DNA from: Octopus vulgaris
Lineage: Eukaryota
Reading direction: 5' to 3'
Assembly: GCA_951406725.2 (NCBI GenBank)
Contig: OX597828.1
Coordinates: forward strand, 65,224,001-65,288,000
Length of the DNA: 64,000 nucleotides
The notes below the pieces were generated by a model. The model was not told where the DNA came from, made no database searches, and saw only the letters and a program-made list of their open reading frames with translations. Shown here piece after piece: positions 57,410-64,000 of the stretch; position 1 is the first letter of the stretch, and each line of letters begins with the position of its first letter. The position numbers and the translations under genes were made by a program.

Positions 57410-57574
57410 TACGACTGGCTTCTTTCAGTTTCCGTCTACCAAATCCACTCACAAGGCTTTGGTCGGACCGAGGCTATAGCAGAAGACACTTGCCCAAGGT
57501 GCTACGCAGTGGGACCGAACCCGGAGCTATGTGGTTCGTAAGCAAGCTACTTACCACACAGCCACTCCTGCGCC
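57093..57574 (-). mobile_element. SINE family B, full-length, with internal TA/TG microsatellite
   Basis: Head AGGCGCAGGAGTGGCTGTGTGGTAAG..GGGTTCGGTCCC and tail GGCGGTGCTCCAGCATGGCCGCAGTCAAATGACTGAAAC. Partial copies at 15495-15625, 24660-24820, 24969-25024, 25935-26010, 26935-27140 and 58634-58780. Confidence 0.93.
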
Positions 57575-57684
57575 TATATATATATATATATATATATACA
57601 TACACATACACGCAAACGTATATATGTATATATACGTATATTTATTCATATACGTATATACATGCATACATATATACATATACA

Positions 57685-57720
<36 letters not shown>

Positions 57721-58481
57721 AATATACACGCATATATATATTTGCATACACATACACGCGAACATATATATGTATGTGCTTGTGCGCGCGCGCGATTGTA
57801 CCCGTGTGTATGTGTGTGTGTATACATATACATACATATATATGTAGTTATATACACACCCATATATATATATAACTATGTACACGCATATATATTTTGT
57901 GTGTGTATGTATGTATACTCACACATTTTTACATATACACGCGCAAACATTTTTGCAGACAGAGATGACTAAACGTGTGTGTGTGTGTGTATGTACTTCT
58001 ACGTATGCATACGCCTGCTCTTCTCGTTTAAAAGCCAGTGCTCTCAGTATATACGTTTTTTTTTTTTTTTTTCTTTATGTGAATAAATCTCCGTTGATTT
58101 CGACGATAAACATCCAGCAGTTCACTCAATCGATCTAAGCCCTTCATTCAGTCAGCGGGTAAGAGCCGTGTACCCTTGACAATTCTCGGTCACAATTTGA
58201 GCAAGGTCAATCCTTGAGTAATTGAATGAATCTGCCCAGAATCTACCCAGTTTTACTCACATGCTGTATGTCGAATCCGAGGCTATAGAAAAAGATTGAG
58301 GTGCCCAAGATACGCAGGATGCAGAGAAGGCCCATGACGACCGAGGTGACACTCAGTGAGACCAAACAAAAGAAATTATGATTGTGGAGCGAATCTCTTG
58401 AGCGACCATCCTGAGAAACTGGCGATTCATTTGAATGATTTCATTGATTGGCAATCCCAAAATACCAGATTAAATCACCAA

Positions 58482-58554
<73 letters not shown>

Positions 58555-59861
58555 GCACACTCTCTCTCTTTCTCCCCTACTCTCTCTCTCCTTTTCTCCC
58601 CCCTCTCTCTCTCTGTGAATACATATATACATCTGACGTGGCTATTTGGTAAGAAATTTGCTTTGCAACCGCATTGTTCCGGGTTCAGTTCAGCTGAACA
58701 AGTTCACCTATTATAGCCTCGAATACAGTGTGTGTAAAGGATTGATTAGGTGTGGGCAGAGTGAGTTTTCGAAAGCCCAGTGTGTACCTATCTATTTATC
58801 TGTCTATCTAATATATATATATATGTGCGTGTGTAACATACATATATATATACACACACACACAAACATAAACACACACACATAGGGTGATTTAAAAAAT
58901 AGCGTCTAATTCCTGTTTTAATGATATGTATGACTTCCCATTTGGGAAATACTTTTGACTTCTAATTCTTGTTTTATGGGTTTGGATAACAAAGAGTATT
59001 AACTATATCATACATGATCTAGGTTTAGCAAAACTGCCAGTAATAACCTGCAAAATGACAAAGAAAGACGTGACTTCCCAGAAACTGAGCGTTACTATTG
59101 ACTCAGCCTGTATTTATTGAGCAATGTAATGCTACGTACACAAACAGCAGACTCTAAAGGTGGATTATGCACCTACCTATTGAAAGGCCTCGAATCCACT
59201 TGAGAGAGTGCCCAGCTTTAAAATTAAAACCATCTTCTGTAATTCGGACAGCCTAAGATACATTATAACGTGTAAAGATTACCGAGAACATTAAATCAGA
59301 CAAACGGCTATGACACTAAGAAAAAAAATGATGATACACCGACAACAAATCAAGAGAACCATGCTCAAGAAAAATACACCTGAGTAAACATATTGATAAT
59401 TGTGTTGGACAGATCTTACCTAAATATTCAAACTTCCCTTTCTACCAGGGCAGTATTATTAAAAAATGCAAGCCAAAACTCGATATATTATGCTTTAATT
59501 AAATCACAACTATATACGCAGAATGTTCCTCCAATTAGAGACATGATTACAAAATTTTACCGAATGAGAACAAAATTGTGGGCAGCACCCATACCTACAC
59601 CAATGTCCTTTATGTGCAGTATTTTGTGACTATTTGTATGCCATGACGACCCATTCTCTCCTATTTGTACAACCGTATGAATATATGTGTACATCTTGGT
59701 GGGGAGTATTTGTATATATATTATATACATGGGTGAATATATATATATATATATATACCGGAGTAAACACTTAAATGTGAAACAAGGTGGAAAAAAGAGT
59801 ACTCAAATACCAGTGGTAGAGTAATATACTTTATTCAAAGGAGCAGAAAATTCAACAAAAC

Positions 59862-59899
59862 CTGTTACTCTAAGTTTCCCGTTGCCGTTCGTCGGACAG
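59862..59899 (-). ncRNA. Hammerhead-like motif with a CCGACGA core
   Basis: CUGU-CCGACGA-A-CG-GCAA-CG-G-GAAA-CU-UAG-AG-UA-ACAG. Confidence 0.55.
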
Positions 59900-60123
59900 T
59901 TTTTGCTAGAATGGAACCGATATGTGGATTCTATCCAGACTATTCTAAACGCTACACCTTTAAAAAAATGGACTTGTTTGATTGGCCCTTTAGAAATAAC
60001 GGCCATAAACCTTTAAAAATGGACTTCATAATATTCTATGTTACTTTTGACAATCTTTTTCCAAAGATTGAAACCGGTTAAGTAAATAAACATCCTTTAA
60101 ATTGCATTTTCAAACCTTCTTTC

Positions 60124-60267
<144 letters not shown>

Positions 60268-60273
60268 ATGTGT

Positions 60274-60339
<66 letters not shown>

Positions 60340-60420
60340 GTATATATATGTATATATATGTATACACACATATATATATATATACATGTATATATATGTA
60401 TATATATGTATATATATATG

Positions 60421-63400
60421 TATCCTTAAATCCTTAAATCCTTTAAAATGTTTTAGCCCGAAGGCCGCGGCCATGCTGGGGCACCACCGCTGAATGAGCT
60501 ACACTAGCTTGTGAATCCACCTCTGATACGTGGCACTTGATCAACAAGGGAGTTCGATGCTGCTGCCCGCATCCGCATTTCCTGTCGTGAGGTAGGTTCA
60601 TCTGGGACTCCCGACAAGAAGAGATCCAGTTTAGTTTTAAAGAAACCCACATCCACACCATGTAAGTCTCTCAGGCATTTAGGGAGGATGTTAAAGAGCT
60701 GTGGTCCTCTGAAACCCAAGCTGTTGCAGTATCTGGACCTGTATTTTGATGGTGATGTTGGAATCCTTGGCACCACGCAGCGGCGCCCCATTCTGCGGTT
60801 GGAGTAACTTTGAATGCCAAAGTTTGGGACAAGACCCTCCAGGATTTTCCAGATGTATATCACTGCATATCTCTCCAGCCTCCGCTCTAGGGAGAAGAGG
60901 TTTAATACCTTCAGTCTTTCCCAGTAGCTGATATTTTGCATTGAGACGATTTTCTTTGTGTAGCTTCTCTGAATTGCTTCGAGTTCTGCTGTTTGTTTTA
61001 TATTGTGTGGTGACCAAAGTTGGGAGCAGTAGTCCAAGTGGCTGAGGACGAATGTTTTCCATAGGACCATCAGTGTCTCCTTCTCTCTTGTTCTGAAAGT
61101 TCGGAGAATCCATCCAGCTAGCCGTCTGCATTTTATCACCAGATTAGCAATATGCATTTGGAAAGATGCATCATTGCTCATGTCAATGCCCAGGTCACGC
61201 ACTGATTTTGACTCAGGGATTGCAATTCTTCCTGGGCCAGTGTATCCAGTCTTCACGTCATTTACCTTTGTGTGCCAATAGCGCAGGGCCTGGAACTTAC
61301 CTGCATGTTGTTGTCCTCAGCCCACCTGTATATTGTGTCCAGCTCATGTTGCAGATGCGCAATATTTTCAGGGTTTTGTATTGCGTGGGAGACTTTTGTG
61401 TCATCTGCATAGCTAGCAAGGGTGGTCATCGTAGCAACTGAACGCATGTCTGAAAGGGCCACTATGAACATCAGTGGCCCCAAGACAGTGCCCTGTGGGA
61501 CACCGCTTGTTATTTGCGTTTTCTTGGAGGTGGCTCCATTGCTCACAACTGCCTGTTTTCTGTCTTTTAGGAAGTTGTGCAGCCACTCTCCAAGTTTCCC
61601 GCCTATGCCGAGACCACGCAGTTTGTGACAGATCATACCATGGTCGACTTTATCAAAGGCTTTTGCAAAGTCGAGATATATTACATCCACATTTGAGCCA
61701 TTTAGTAGCTGTTTCAACACCCAGTCATAGTGTTGCAGGAGCTGTGTTAGGCAGCCTCTACCTGGTCGAAATCCATGCTGGGTGTCAGACAGCAAGTCAT
61801 TTTCTTCAAGGAACATGATTAGTTTCTTACGGACTATTCGTTCCATGACTTTGCTGATGTGTGAAGTCAGAGAGATAGGCCTATAATTTTTAGCATCTGC
61901 TCTGCTACCTCCCTTATGGATAGGGCATATTACCCCCTCTTTCAATTTGACTGGGAGCTTACCACTTGCAAGAAAGCTCTGAAAAAGAAGCTGTAGCGGT
62001 TTTGCAAGGGCTCGTTTGCACGATTTGAGAAGGATCGCTGGGAATCCATCAGGTCCAGCAGCTGAGTTTGTGTCAATCTCATCAATGGCTAGTGTGATAT
62101 CATCATCTTCGATGTTGATGTACTCAATTTTTGTCTCTTTGGCCGCAGGTAAAGTGGCAAAGAATCCTTCTGGATTGTTTACTTGCCTGTGTCCTAGAGG
62201 TGTAGTGAACACACTTTGGAACAGTTTCTTCAGTATTTCACTTATCCTCGTGGGATTTCCTGTGAGAGAGCCATCTTTTTGGAAGAGAGGTCCTATTCTC
62301 TGGTGCACTGTGGCTGTCTCTTTGGCAAACTTAAAGAAAGCTTTAGGGTTTGATTTTATATTTTCTATTACCCAAGCTTCTTTATCTGCTCTCACCTTTT
62401 CATGGGACTGATGTAGACTTTTCTCAGTTTCCATTAGCATTCTTTCGAGCCGAGACTTCTCACCACTTTTGGTGTGCTTGCTCAGGCGGTTTGCAATCCT
62501 TGTCCGTCGTCTCATAAGAATCCTCCTTTCTCTAGGGATCCTGTTTTTGTTCTTGTGTGTGCTGGCCCTGCACACTGGGACATATTTGTCACATATGGCT
62601 TGTATTATGGACATGAAGTGTTTGTGTTTCATGTTTATGTCCGGTGTGGAGAGACATTCAGCCCAATCCTGTTTGAGGATCTCTTTCTCAATCAACTTCC
62701 AGTTGGCTTTATGATGGAGAGATGGTGGGTGCTTCGTATAGGCTGTGTGTCTGCGGGGGCTTTTGTTCCATACATAGACAGCTCTATTATGTTGTGATCC
62801 GAGATCATTGTTGGCATCACATTAACATTATGGATAATATCCATATTGTTTGTGAAGCAGAGATCCAGTATATTATCTGCCCTTGTTGGTTGCAGAACTA
62901 TTTGCTCCATGAAAGAGGCATTTGTGAGATGGAGCAGGGACTCCACCTGTGCCTGCTGATGGTGTGTCATCCCTGGGAGCATCTGCCCCCCAGGCCATTC
63001 CACATTGGGGAGGTTAAAGTCACCCATGAAGAATACACTGTTGTGCTGTTCAAGGTTGGTGAGGACTTCTCCTATTTTTGTTAGGCAGTCTTCAAACATG
63101 CCTGAGTGTTTTGGGGCATCTGGTGGGCGATATGTAGTGCATATGACGATATTCAGTTGTCTTATGTGTACAATTTGAGTTTCACATACTGAGTTTGAAT
63201 ATGACAGCAGGACCTGGGGCGTGAGGTCATCTCGGATGTACATTGCAACTCCACCATGGCTCCTCCCTTTTCTATCTGTGCGTATGACTGCATATTGCGG
63301 CATGTGTATTTCTGCATCACCTATATCGGGTTCAAGATGCGTTTCTGTGAGTGCCATGCATATAGCTTGATTGCATGTCACAAGGTCTCTCAGGAATGAA

Positions 63401-64000
63401 ATTTTCTTTTTACAGTTTCCGCGCAGCAGCCCTCCTACATTCAGTAGAAATATTTTTGTGGTGTGTGTGTGTGTGGTGTTGGTGTCTGTGGTGGCCATCC
63501 TGCATCTGTTGGAGGTGGCCTTATGTGGTGGTAGTTCCAGCTTTGTGCTTGTAGCCAGGTCAGCGGCTGAACAATTTTTTGTGCCATGCACAAAAAAGAT
63601 TGCTGTTCAGCTGCCGCCCTTCTCACATCTGGGTGAAACTGGCCACCTGTTGGGTTTCCGCGCACCACATCTGCATACCGTCTTTCAGTAGTGGTCAGTG
63701 CGCTTTTTTCCCTTCTTTTAACTTTTTCTTTTTGTTTTTGTTCTCCCTGAGGGAGGGACCTCTGTCTCGCGTCCGTGCGGTTTTGGTAGGGCCTCCGATG
63801 TGCAAAGCGACAGTTTGCACCTTCGACGCCGTACCAGCAGTCCCCCTCAGGTAGAATTTGCAGGTGTTTCTTTCCCTGCCCTTACAGTTCTTGCTGGGGT
63901 CCCTCTGCTTTCTCTGGACAGGGCTTCCTTTAGCCTTGATTCTGTCACCCTTTACCTCCTGCTTCCCATCAATTTCAGGGTGCCTTTCCTTTCTTGCGGC
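60421..64000 (-). mobile_element. Near full-length CR1-type LINE (ORF1 CCCH finger, APE, RT, 3' tail), running off the window end
   Basis: APE 62692-63591 (LTETHL, GDFN, LDL, SDH). RT 61262-62695 (YLDFAKAFDKV, GVPQGTVLGP, YADD). C-terminus 60504-61256. (TAAGGATT)n-like tail. Two small deletions break ORF2. Confidence 0.96.

Overview
AT-rich eukaryotic intronic or intergenic DNA made almost entirely of microsatellites and transposon relics. The repeat repertoire resembles an octopus/coleoid cephalopod genome (inference, not searched). I recognise no host protein-coding exon, and most ORFs in the track are translations of (TA)n, (CA)n and (GATA)n. Recognisable elements are: a DD34E Tc1 with IR/DR ends, two mariner relics, a rosa-like (DD40/41D) element, CR1-type LINEs (one near full-length at the right end), an RTE LINE, an ORF1-only L1/Tx1-like element with TSD, a Tx1 RT fragment, a CRE-like endonuclease relic, a Penelope GIY-YIG relic, Helitron-like non-autonomous repeats, and several tRNA-derived SINE families (labelled A-C here). 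The most striking unannotated signal is about a dozen hammerhead-ribozyme-like motifs (CUGANGA...GAAA..UH with paired stems) in several unrelated short repeats. Three sit in or beside fold-back structures. One of these is a TSD-bounded tRNA-head + (AAT)n + hammerhead composite that looks like a Penelope-mobilised SINE or retrozyme. Two SINE families also share 3' tails with LINE-type elements present in the same window.
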